Source: Opitutales bacterium
GTDB taxonomy: Bacteria > Verrucomicrobiota > Verrucomicrobiia > Opitutales > JABSRG01
Direction: 5' to 3'
Length of the DNA: 64,000 bases
Assembly: GCA_049599475.1 (NCBI GenBank)
Contig: JBMYOQ010000002.1
Coordinates: 64,001-128,000 of the forward strand
In this document: piece after piece, positions 50,301 to 59,194 of the stretch
How positions within the stretch are numbered: the stretch's first letter is position 1
How the letters are laid out: the number at the start of each line of letters is the position of its first letter
Position numbers and translations under genes: made by a program
The notes under the pieces: generated by a model
The model's input: only the letters and a program-made list of their open reading frames with translations
Databases searched by the model: none
Told to the model about the DNA's origin: nothing

Positions 50301-52866
50301 ATATTTCGGTTCAGATCGCGTTTTGGTGCATAAGGGCCGTGGTATCCCCCAGGAGTTTTATTACATTAGTAATGAGGAAATTAATACAGTTTTCCAGATG
50401 AATGCCCATAAGAAGACATTGCGTACATTGTTTGTTCCTGGAGACCCGGAGAATTATCCGACTGGCGCGGCATCCATTGCTGGCTTTATGTTGCCAAAGG
50501 ATTATGAATCTATCGACCGATACGAAGATGGGGTGAATGATTGGGATTATGAGTCTTCCTACAATGTAGTCGCTATGCGCGTCGAAGATTTGGATCATTA
50601 CGTCACATATCTTGATGAACCGAACAAGCCTCAGGCCGACTTTAGTTTTGATATTCAAGGCAACCCTTTGAAGTATCGCTTAGACCATCCTGCTGCTCGC
50701 CAGAGGTTGCCGATAGATCTCGAGTATCAGCAGATGCCTGATGGAGGCAAAACGCTCTTTCTCCCAGGGAAACTCTATGAGCATAGTCCGGAGAATCCCT
50801 TGTGGTTTCGTCAGCCATTCCCATTACACTACAAGACATTCGCAGTCTCGGCATTCTTTCGCCCGATGAAAACGGATTCGGGTGTATTGATCGAATGGGC
50901 AGATTCTGGAGATTCCGGCTACCAAATCGCGTTAGAAGATAATGAAATTGTAGCGACGCTGCGAACTAGCGCATCTCGAGTCACAGAGGTGAGGGGTGGC
51001 GTCGAGCCGGATGAGAGTGTTGTGACGGCTAATGACGAACCTCTGGTTCCTGGAGAGTGGTATCATGTGCTTATGTCATATAATTTTGGGCATGGAATGC
51101 TCTATCTCTACGTGAACGGAAAGCTTACGGCCCTTCAAGAGGTGCCTATTTGTGAACATAGTGAAGCGGAAGGCTTCGACGTTACTCTAGGAATGGGTGA
51201 TGAAGCGTTTCCGCGCACCGATGCATATCGCGGATTTATCGATGACCTTCAGATTCTTGAACGCTCTTTTACGAATTTCGCAGCAAGAAATTTTTATGAA
51301 GAGAGACTGCTTTCCGAGGGCGGGATAGCACGCTTTATCGACGGCCCAAACTCGGATATCGATGGTGATGGGTTGATCGATTTACTGGATCCCTTCCCAG
51401 TAGACGGAGACGAGACTGTTGATGCGGATCAAGATGGATTTGGTGATAACAAAAGTGATCCGAAACCCGGAAAGTCGCATAAGCCCGATAGCGATGGTGA
51501 TGGTATTCGTGACGAGTTTGATGCTTTTGATAATAATATAGCTGAATGGAGCGATACCGATGGTGATCTCATCGGGGATAATGACGATCGCGATATTGAC
51601 GGAGATGGCTTTGACAACGAGAAAGACCACTTGCCTTATGATCGCTGGGAATTCGCAGATACCGATGGCGACGGTGTCGGGGATCGTTCAGATGCTTTCC
51701 CCGAAAATCCGTATGAATGGTCCGATGTGGATGGTGATGGAGTCGGTGATAATGAAGATGCCCTGATGTATAGCGCCGCGGATTCCATCGATAGCGATGG
51801 AGATGGCTGGGGGGATTTAGTAGACCTTTATCCCTTGTCACCATACTTCAATGACGAAACCAATATATTAAATAATGGCGATGCCGAGGACGGCATGAAC
51901 GGATGGGAAACGCGAAATAACGGCGCTGACAATCCTATCTCCTCCATACGACCAAACTCTGGAAACGCGTCATTCTATATGGTCAATGACGAAAGTAACA
52001 GCCCTTCACTCATCGGGAGAGATTTTGACCCTCCCGAAAATCCAATCGAGGGCGGGTACTATCCGGAATCCATCAAGGTTGTGAATATCAGCGGTAAGGT
52101 GAGGGTTGAAAAGATTATTACCAACAAACTAGATAAGGTGCAAATTCTCGTTAAATATAAACAGGGAATTGAAGGAAGGACTAAGACTTTTTCAAAGACC
52201 GTACAGTATCGAGAACCGGTCTGGACCGATTTTAATTTCGATGTGACGAACCTCTCGAGCGTTCGTGGCATTGAGGAGATAAAATTCGTTAACCAGCAAA
52301 ACGGGATGAATGTATTTTTGGATGACATTCAGGTGCTTGTAATCGAAAGTAGTGAAGATCTAGATGGAGATACAATACCTGACTATTTAGACCCTGATGA
52401 CGATGGAGATGGGTATGCTGACGGTGAAGATGAAGACCCTCGGAATTTTCATATAAGAGGTGATCTTGACGGTGACGGTGTTGATGACAGCGTTGATGAT
52501 GACGTGGACGGCGACGGTATACTAGACGCCATCGAGGTCGCCCTTGGTTTAAACCCTCGATTCCAGCCCGATGGTCTCCTGGATCATGATGGAGACGGCC
52601 AGACCACAGCTGCTGAGATTTTGGCAGGAACCAATCCGACAAACAGAGGCGAGCGATTCGAGCTATTCCAAGACGTTATAGGGGATACGGTTAGATTCTT
52701 TTGGAACGGTAATGAGGCTAAAGCTTATGATATCGAATATTCTGAGGATCTGATCGAGTGGTTGCCTGCCCCGAATGGCCAGGGATTGAATGTCTTGGAC
52801 GGATACACAAAGCCCATGTCTTCAGAAGACGAATTATTATTTTATCGGGTGCGAATTGATGAATGA
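47383..52866 (+). CDS. G8 / beta-helix / LamG / TSP3 / CBM protein (paralog 3) with His/Met-rich N-terminus and internal insertions
   Basis: GRYSMHFH, GWGYVNHSS, FVTEAGDE, SFAHHGT, DxDGDG repeats, ends YDIEYSEDLIEW...FYRVRIDE. Confidence 0.85.
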   Translation: MSCPWLPLGLPSARSRTHSRLVLATSTLLFRLITLLLLPATLLKAEMGHMEHGAHMEHAAPMDQMDHSHHDTGMHDNAHASILLQVSHDKATVTSAGSGNWFEDSTWHGGVPGDGARVVIGSEHTVTLNGVSDAKLITLRVDGHLVFATDQNTQLIVDTMVVGEHGSLTVGTNANPVPANLTAKIILEAYNGLGFETEDHMSDDFDPFQVGLGLISFGRVEMHGANKLHGGTLNVEPSVDDLTIKLDEKGKGWRVGDTIAIAGTNRDGLQDEVREITAIKGRKREIHFEGELLYNHHTPTYDKARISKRELELKVHAINLTRNVSIETPEAYRSPFPDVFIKMDDRHPFKRYERRAHVMFMHTNDVDIRYVGFYGLGRTNKIVRNDGTAVNEDGTYYIGLNPIGRYSMHFHQAGWGPESVDTPPARIEGCALIDSPGWGYVNHSSHVGFYRNVAHGARAAAFVTEAGDELGEFIENISIRNDIDEEHGSGDLRFQNRKKRDEFAFGGHGFWFQGINITAIDNVASGCGREGMTLYPLPLPGKLRGAFPMARVDTENRNYAKFGDALGAGSVPVREFRGNIVYGSNIALMLGEHRPVDYSHVDKFLGWSVRMGLSSNYSAAIKYRDITLIGDVAFPEGLASFAHHGTGDVQFLNPHIEGFSLGIQIPRSGFSGANRTTDDEESEAGDGEFDSGNFATAFQYSLIENGFFNNYINLHYALARGKLPLLVDIIKPEFGDLTRDVETLPQGTEAEIEYYNTIKKAQARGLAALAEIHQENDFDIDASEKDSNGFGELMDLVRKEDTYDDPNPRPITRPYNYLFHDVSNPHARTGTKIHLRDNSLAYRFFVTEADGRRYQLFIEDVQRREHIPYKKIWKDEYKGNPEYEIDGKPDYSTYFPEEYVEKNDDKREKMISKRDREYHAKAPEGILDWTPEELFASLTPEEQATYQDDYDAEDKTPFVEKVYKNLYNLKKGAYFGSDRVLVHKGRGIPQEFYYISNEEINTVFQMNAHKKTLRTLFVPGDPENYPTGAASIAGFMLPKDYESIDRYEDGVNDWDYESSYNVVAMRVEDLDHYVTYLDEPNKPQADFSFDIQGNPLKYRLDHPAARQRLPIDLEYQQMPDGGKTLFLPGKLYEHSPENPLWFRQPFPLHYKTFAVSAFFRPMKTDSGVLIEWADSGDSGYQIALEDNEIVATLRTSASRVTEVRGGVEPDESVVTANDEPLVPGEWYHVLMSYNFGHGMLYLYVNGKLTALQEVPICEHSEAEGFDVTLGMGDEAFPRTDAYRGFIDDLQILERSFTNFAARNFYEERLLSEGGIARFIDGPNSDIDGDGLIDLLDPFPVDGDETVDADQDGFGDNKSDPKPGKSHKPDSDGDGIRDEFDAFDNNIAEWSDTDGDLIGDNDDRDIDGDGFDNEKDHLPYDRWEFADTDGDGVGDRSDAFPENPYEWSDVDGDGVGDNEDALMYSAADSIDSDGDGWGDLVDLYPLSPYFNDETNILNNGDAEDGMNGWETRNNGADNPISSIRPNSGNASFYMVNDESNSPSLIGRDFDPPENPIEGGYYPESIKVVNISGKVRVEKIITNKLDKVQILVKYKQGIEGRTKTFSKTVQYREPVWTDFNFDVTNLSSVRGIEEIKFVNQQNGMNVFLDDIQVLVIESSEDLDGDTIPDYLDPDDDGDGYADGEDEDPRNFHIRGDLDGDGVDDSVDDDVDGDGILDAIEVALGLNPRFQPDGLLDHDGDGQTTAAEILAGTNPTNRGERFELFQDVIGDTVRFFWNGNEAKAYDIEYSEDLIEWLPAPNGQGLNVLDGYTKPMSSEDELLFYRVRIDE

Positions 52867-52953
52867 CCTGAGTCCGATACCTCGTGCGGTGCTTGAGTGG
52901 CATCTCTGCGCCGACCTTAAGTAATCGAAGTTTCCCAGATATAGCTCTTACGA

Positions 52954-54999
52954 ATGATAAATATAATACGATCCAGTCTCTTGCTCGCTATGAGCCTGCG
53001 AGTCTTACATGCGAGCCCTGAAGTGTCTCTGTATGGCGGGACGAGCTCTGACGACGCGGAATTTCATGTCTATATTTCATTTTCAGAAGCCGTTTCTGGT
53101 CTGAGTGATGAAGATTTTGGGGTCACGAATGGAACCGTGTCGGGGACTCGATCTACATCTCAGGATAATCATGACACGCACCAAACTGCGCTTGAAAATC
53201 GCTATTATCGCACCACGGTTCGTGCAGAGAAACCGGGAACTGTGGAAGTCTCCCTGCCGGCGGGCGTTGTCCTCGCGAGTAATGGAGGAGCACCGAACCT
53301 CGTTTCTAATACGCTCTCTATAGAGTGTTTGGCGGATTTTGGAGCGGCATGGGTCGTCGACGATTCGGATGACTGGAGTACCTTTACGCATTCAAGTGTA
53401 AATATGGATGTGAGCGGAGGTCAGGCCTCGCCGACAGCGGACTCGTCGAGCCTAAAAAGTGAGATTTATACAGTGGATCGCTTGCGAAAGCCCAAGTAGG
53501 TTCGGTTTCACCAAAGTGCAGCGTGGACGAACTGGAGTGGGGCAGGGAATATTAGCCCGGATGGGGCTACGGATGCCCCTGTTCTCCTATCCGTAGCGGC
53601 AAATGATTATTATTTTCTTTCTCGAGGGCCTACCAAAGCCTACTACGCCTGGCACAGCACTGATATGTCGAACTGGACCGGGCCAGCCCGGATTACTAAT
53701 GATGGGAATGGTAATGGACAATACACGACAACGGCCGAGTACAAGGACGGGGATTTTTACATATTCTATGACAGCCCCAACGATGAAGATCCCGCCTTGT
53801 ATATCGATGATGACTTGATGGATGGTGTTGTAGGCACGAACTACGGAATTGTATTTAGTGATCCATCACATGGCTCGGACACGAGCATTATTCGGACAGA
53901 TGAGGATGGACGCTTTCATTTGATCTATGAAGAGTGGAGCCCTATCGACCCGAGCACGCATGCCTGGGATTCGCCGCTTGCGGGGCACACCAGTAGCGTG
54001 GACGGGATCAATGGTTTTACGGCTCATAAGCACCATCCCGCAGTCGATCACCGAACGAATCCTACGAATACCTTTGGCACCTATAAGCACCCGAATGACA
54101 AAAGCATCTTGCAAGAGTATGAGATTCATGAGCCTGCACAGGATGCGTATGGGGATTGGACTACGATCAAAATCGGGTCCCGCTATTATCTGTTTGGCGA
54201 TTTTGATGATCATGAGGTCGACAAGATCAAGGTGGGCATTTTTCATTCGGATTCGATATATGAAGAATTTGAGCGCGTAGGGGCTATTGGAAATGGGCAC
54301 CCAGATCCTACAGTCGCCTTTGCGGAAGGACAATTTTACCTGATCACACAGAAGAGTACCGATTATGTGAGCCCCGGACCTTGGATTAAGGGCGTCGAGG
54401 CACGCGCGGGTGTCGATATTGATGGTGATGGAGACATTGATGAGTGGACGAATTGGAAAACGGTGAAAGAGACTTATGACCACAAGCCGGGATACGCGCG
54501 TGTGGTCGATTGTGACCCGGCTCAGCTCGATTTATCCGGACTTTCTTCCGGCTACGGTTTCCGGTTCGAGTTCCGTATCGACGATACTGTGGTGAGCGGT
54601 CATTCGCCGATTATCGATCGGGTCGAATTCGCATTTGAGCCATCGGGTTTTCAGGCGTGGTCCAATGATCAGGATATTGTTGCCGACCCCCACGGTGATC
54701 ATAACCAGAACGGGCTAGAGAATTTAATAGAATTTGCGACAGGCTTAGATGCCTTGCCAGAAATTTCCTTCCCTGAGAGACGCTTGGACTTTCAATCCAG
54801 TTCTGAAGCGCTGAGCACTGGTTACGGGCTCGAAGTGGCCTTCTCGGACGACCTCAAGCTGTGGAAGCGTGCCTCGGACGAATTGCTCGAAGGCATTAGT
54901 TTAGATCAAAGCTTCTTTGACGGGAATGGAAATTACATCGAGAGCTTCCTGATCTCTGGAGACTCCAATAAGATCTTTTGGCGTATCGAAGTCGAGTAG
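52954..54999 (+). pseudogene. Ig-like domain plus putative propeller glycoside hydrolase plus shared C-terminal domain, interrupted by an in-frame TAG at 53497-53499
   Basis: After the TAG the same frame reads VRFHQSAAWTNW...DAPVLL...YYAWHSTD directly into the ATG at 53665; 681 codons in total. Confidence 0.8.
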
Positions 55000-55095
55000 G
55001 GTGCCGTTTAGGCAATTTCGCTCGATTACGGGTGTGCCGAAATGGGCCTTTATTAGGTTTCTCAAAAGTAATTTTGTAAACTCGAGTTTAAAATG

Positions 55096-55172
55096 GTTGT
55101 AGCCGCGGTACTCTGCTGCCCGCACTCGAGTCTGCTTATGTGCTGGCCCCAGCAGAGGCGGGCGGCAACAAC
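55096..55172. repeat. GTAG REP-like inverted pair between convergent genes
   Basis: GTTGTAGCCGCGGTACTCTGCTG ... CAGCAGAGGCGGGCGGCAACAAC imperfect inverted repeat. Confidence 0.5.
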
Positions 55173-55325
55173 AAGTATCAGGATGAATAGGCGAGAACAC
55201 TTTTGAGAAAGGGTCTAGAGGTAGTGACATTCTAAGGATACTCGGTCAACCGTGAGCCGGTATGACTGATGAAATTGCTTGAGAAACCTCGTGCTGCGGG
55301 TCTTGCGCCCGATTCAATGGGGGTT

Positions 55326-58300
55326 TTACGGAAGAGATACTTCTACTTTGTAGAATGCTTTGTCAGAGCTTGTGTCGCTAAAGATGAGGTCTCCGGTATT
55401 GCCACGGACGGGACCTTGACCATCTACGGCTTGCCAGGGGGTGTTTGGGCCTAGTCTGTCGGCACGAAGTAAGGTGTATTTTCGTTCCAAGGACGTGTTC
55501 GGAATCAAGATTTCGAATGCGTTCGCCTCCGATTCCATTATTGCCCCAATTTGGAGTTTGGACTGGCCGTTGGACGGGTCGGTATCTGCTAAGTATTCTT
55601 CATAATCCGATTTACCATCTCGATCGGAGTCGCTGTTGGGGGCCATGTTCAGGGGGTGTCCCGAGTGCGTCCATTCCCAGTCGTTGGGAAGCCCATCCGC
55701 GTCTGAGTCGATCTTATAGGCATCGTAGGGAGCCAGCAGTTTCTCAAGAAATGCGTCTCCATAACTCATGTTCTCAAATGATTCGCGGTTGCGACCGTAG
55801 GACATGTATTCGAATCGAGTGAAATGCCCAAGGGAATCGTCCTGCTGAACACTATCTTCTGCGAAGGGTAGATATTTCGTAGACTGATCTCCAGTGTTTA
55901 CTCCGGTCTTACTGAGCCAACCCGTGTGCCCCATTTCATGAATGGTAGTATTGATGACATTATTTAAGCTATAGGCAGCGCTACCTGTTGTTAGGTAATC
56001 TATGTATTCGGAGGGATCGGAAATATTAAGGAATGAAGACATGGATGGATCAAAGTGGTATGTTCGGTCATCGCATACAGGTTCAGTATCTTGTGTTTCT
56101 TCGATCTCGTGTGAAAAACAGCTACAGCTCTCTTCGGTATTGAGCGTAGTTGCAGGAGTATCGCAGTCATGATCTTCGTAGAATATAATGCTTGGATAGA
56201 GGCGAGTTACTTTTGTTCTGGACCCTAGGGCTCCCATAGCCTGACCCAAGGAGCCGGGGCCATCTATCCAATATAAAGTGTTTTCTTCCCCAGAAGACTG
56301 TGGCGGATATATTTTAAGAATATCTTCTGCGAATTCGGTTTCATTTTCGTAATAGTATAGCAATGTCGCGAGGTACAGGCCGTCTGCTGTATCTGTGTCT
56401 AAAATTTCCTTGCCGGGAGTTTTGGGGACAGAAGCATACCAAGCTTTTACCTTAGCTGTATTCACATTTTGGTTAACTAGAGAGAAGATTGCAGGAGGGG
56501 CCACATACTCTAATTGAAAATAACCTTTGGTGGCTTTTATGAACTCTTCTGATAATAGCATTTGGGCATCTTCTAGTTCCGAAATATTGGTCAACGAAGT
56601 ATCTCCAATTCTAACCACACGGACTTTGATATTATCAAAAACGTAATCGTTGCGCCAACTCTGGTTTGGGAACTCACGTGCATTGTAAGCGTTGAAAGTT
56701 TCTATTGGGGGTGCGGCTGTAGCGTCGTCCCAATTCGTTTCTAGGGCGAACTCATCAATGTCGCACGATACGCTCCCTTCGAGGGTGGCGTTTAGTCTAA
56801 AGTTAAAGGTCCCGTCTGTTTCATAGTATTTGAGGTGGTAAGGTGCACGGAACAGCGTATAAGCCATACCGTTTTGGTATTCCGATGGATCTATGGTTGT
56901 AGCTCCGCATTGACCGTTTCTTGATAGATATACGGGGAGTCCTGGTTGTGACCACGGCTCGCTGCGAATAACTTTAATTTTCATCATCGACTCTTTGTCA
57001 GCACCTGGGTTCGTCGGATGAATGTAATCAACGTATATTGTATTTTCGAATTGCTTGTAGTCCTCGATGTTGAGGGCCGTGATGTATACTTCGCCGGGGA
57101 GCAGGGTGGTTTGCGAAATCCCCTGTCCAAAGGATGCCAGATGGCTGCCGTCTAGTGAGTAGAGTCCGCTCAGTGTGTCGCTTAATTCGATGGTCGGCGC
57201 AGGTGTGACTGTTACGGAGTCATAGACATAATCACGGTCTGGCCCCTGCGCCTTAAGCATGAAAAAATATTCGCCAGGAGGGTAATTGAGGAGATCTACT
57301 TCGATCTCCAGTGGGGTGCCGAGTGGTAGACCCTCTTGCTCGGACACTGTCGATACAGATCCCACAAAATGTTCTTTCGACCAAATTGATGCAGCAGCGT
57401 CTGCGGGGTCCAGATCCCGATAAACCTTCATCGTCGAGAAGCGCTCGTCAGACGGAGGGTTCAGGTGAATGCTTATGATCGATCCAGATTCTACGGTGTC
57501 TGGTGTTATCTCCAGTGATCCACTTTCTGGAGGGATATAGTAGGTCGGCGCATCGGGAGATGGGTCAGTAGCCGTAATTAATAAGCGTTTAGCGAGTGTA
57601 CAATCATTGTCTGATTCCAATGCTGCATTGAGAGTAAATGAAAAGCCACGGTTGAGGCCATATAAAGAGGTGTCTGCGGGAGTCCGGAAAAATGCGTAGG
57701 CTAATTCATCTTGGTAAGCACTTGGCTCCAGAGTTCTCGCACCGCATTGTCCATTGTGAGAAAGTAGGACGAACCACGGTTGACCTTGCACGATGCTGAT
57801 AAATGAGATCTTTGATTCATTGGAGCCGGTTTCTGGGTCATAAGTATAGAAATCGATGTCATTGTTGAATTGTTTGAATTCCAGTGGATTGAGTGCCAGG
57901 ATATAGATTGAGTCGGGCACCAGGATTGGCAGTGGCCCAGCTCCATCAAATTGACTTATAAAATCTCCACCGAGGCTATAGAGTCCACTCCTGGTGTCAT
58001 TGAAGCTGATATTTGGACCGGTGATTTCGACGTGGGTGTAGACCTTTTCCCGGGTCGGAGCGAACGTCACGAAATAATAGATACCTGGCTCAAAATTTAG
58101 CACACTAATGCCGACGCTATAGGGCTCGCCCAATCCGGCTTTTTCTGACTCTGTACTTACCTGTTGGTAGCGTTGGGATGGCCAATCTCCATTAGCAGCA
58201 TCTACGGGATCCACATCCTTATACACCCAAATAGATGAGATGAACTCTAAGTCCGACGGGGGATATAAATTCACCGTGAGAGTGGTGTCGAAGTGGACTG

Positions 58301-58430
58301 TGTCTGGGATTATTTCGATTGCGCCATTCGGATCAGAGGCACTGGCATTTAAAGCCCAAAGACTTGACGCTAAGCTGCTTATTAAGAGACAGAATCTTCT
58401 AAGGGAAGAACGGGGGGATAGATTCTTCAT
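55326..58430 (-). CDS. Secreted zincin-like metalloprotease with duplicated N-terminal module and shared C-terminal domain
   Basis: Signal peptide; two ~270-aa repeats starting IEIIPDTV / LEITPDTV; TTIHEMGH and EYMSYG; ATG at 58430. Confidence 0.7.
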   Translation of the reverse strand: MKNLSPRSSLRRFCLLISSLASSLWALNASASDPNGAIEIIPDTVHFDTTLTVNLYPPSDLEFISSIWVYKDVDPVDAANGDWPSQRYQQVSTESEKAGLGEPYSVGISVLNFEPGIYYFVTFAPTREKVYTHVEITGPNISFNDTRSGLYSLGGDFISQFDGAGPLPILVPDSIYILALNPLEFKQFNNDIDFYTYDPETGSNESKISFISIVQGQPWFVLLSHNGQCGARTLEPSAYQDELAYAFFRTPADTSLYGLNRGFSFTLNAALESDNDCTLAKRLLITATDPSPDAPTYYIPPESGSLEITPDTVESGSIISIHLNPPSDERFSTMKVYRDLDPADAAASIWSKEHFVGSVSTVSEQEGLPLGTPLEIEVDLLNYPPGEYFFMLKAQGPDRDYVYDSVTVTPAPTIELSDTLSGLYSLDGSHLASFGQGISQTTLLPGEVYITALNIEDYKQFENTIYVDYIHPTNPGADKESMMKIKVIRSEPWSQPGLPVYLSRNGQCGATTIDPSEYQNGMAYTLFRAPYHLKYYETDGTFNFRLNATLEGSVSCDIDEFALETNWDDATAAPPIETFNAYNAREFPNQSWRNDYVFDNIKVRVVRIGDTSLTNISELEDAQMLLSEEFIKATKGYFQLEYVAPPAIFSLVNQNVNTAKVKAWYASVPKTPGKEILDTDTADGLYLATLLYYYENETEFAEDILKIYPPQSSGEENTLYWIDGPGSLGQAMGALGSRTKVTRLYPSIIFYEDHDCDTPATTLNTEESCSCFSHEIEETQDTEPVCDDRTYHFDPSMSSFLNISDPSEYIDYLTTGSAAYSLNNVINTTIHEMGHTGWLSKTGVNTGDQSTKYLPFAEDSVQQDDSLGHFTRFEYMSYGRNRESFENMSYGDAFLEKLLAPYDAYKIDSDADGLPNDWEWTHSGHPLNMAPNSDSDRDGKSDYEEYLADTDPSNGQSKLQIGAIMESEANAFEILIPNTSLERKYTLLRADRLGPNTPWQAVDGQGPVRGNTGDLIFSDTSSDKAFYKVEVSLP

Positions 58431-58900
58431 AGGAGTGGGGGGAGGTGTTGAGTGTGGCAAATTCTGTATAGAATTACCTCATTTGAAGAGCACTTATGAG
58501 GTGATTTTGAGAATTTGAACTAGATGTATTCAGGAGAGTGCTGATACCTGATTATTATAGGGTCGGATCTGGTATCCAATGGGAGATTCCTGAAGCATCA
58601 TTTGATTTGAAAAACATATAAAAAAATTGGATACTTGCAAGGTTCAAAACCAAAATGGATAGAGTTTGTGGGTATATTATAAATACAAAAAAATGTATTT
58701 TAAGATATTGTGCGCTATGGCTAAAATTATTGAATTAAATTCACTCAAAACAACATCTCTGTTTGTCGATCGAGTGCGGCAGATAAGGATCTCAGCAGTA
58801 ACATCAAGGTAAACGATTACAGGTATAATTAGACAAGGAACGGCTCCCGGGTGGCATTGATTCAGTCTTGGAGACTTCGTCTAACATTTTGATATTTGCT

Positions 58901-58957
58901 CTAATACCGAATCCCGAAAATATTGATTTAATCAAGATTTTCGAGATTCGGTATTAG
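58901..58957. repeat. 57-bp palindrome made only of the two termini of the 16770 element
   Basis: CTAATACCGAATCCCGAAAATATTGATT-T-AATCAAGATTTTCGAGATTCGGTATTAG. Confidence 0.8.
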
Positions 58958-59095
58958 GTAGGCGGTTCCTTGACTGATCGAACGAAGATCTCGGTTTCTG
59001 TGCTGCTACGAAATTATTCTTCGGCCTATTCCGATCCAAATGAGCTGCGCATCGGAGTTATTTGAGAAGGGATATGGGTGCTGGTTTTGCGTTTT

Positions 59096-59144
59096 TTTAA
59101 TATCAGAGATAAAAAATTCACATATTTTTAGTATAGAGAGTAAA
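59096..59144. promoter_or_regulatory. Paired TTTA-N10-TAAA operator candidates
   Basis: TTTAATATCAGAGATAAA (59096) and TTTAGTATAGAGAGTAAA (59127), 31 bp apart. Confidence 0.6.
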
Positions 59145-59194
59145 CGAAATGAGAGCATAGTTAGAGTCATCCTTCGGGATACCCCTTCCCCTCT

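Noticed and set aside
28480..52640. Recurrent GATGGCGATGG-like DNA repeats as a CRISPR array or DGR template
   Set aside because: They encode DxDGDG TSP3-like protein repeats with synonymous variation; there is no repeat-spacer periodicity, cas gene or reverse transcriptase
53497..53499. Amber reassignment or pyrrolysine
   Set aside because: TAG is the normal stop of several genes here (e.g. 29851, 32402, 43492, 54999) and no pyl genes are visible
16770..58957. Calling the block a composite transposon or genomic island with defined ends
   Set aside because: No transposase, integrase, tRNA or flanking direct repeat; the related gene families continue beyond 58957
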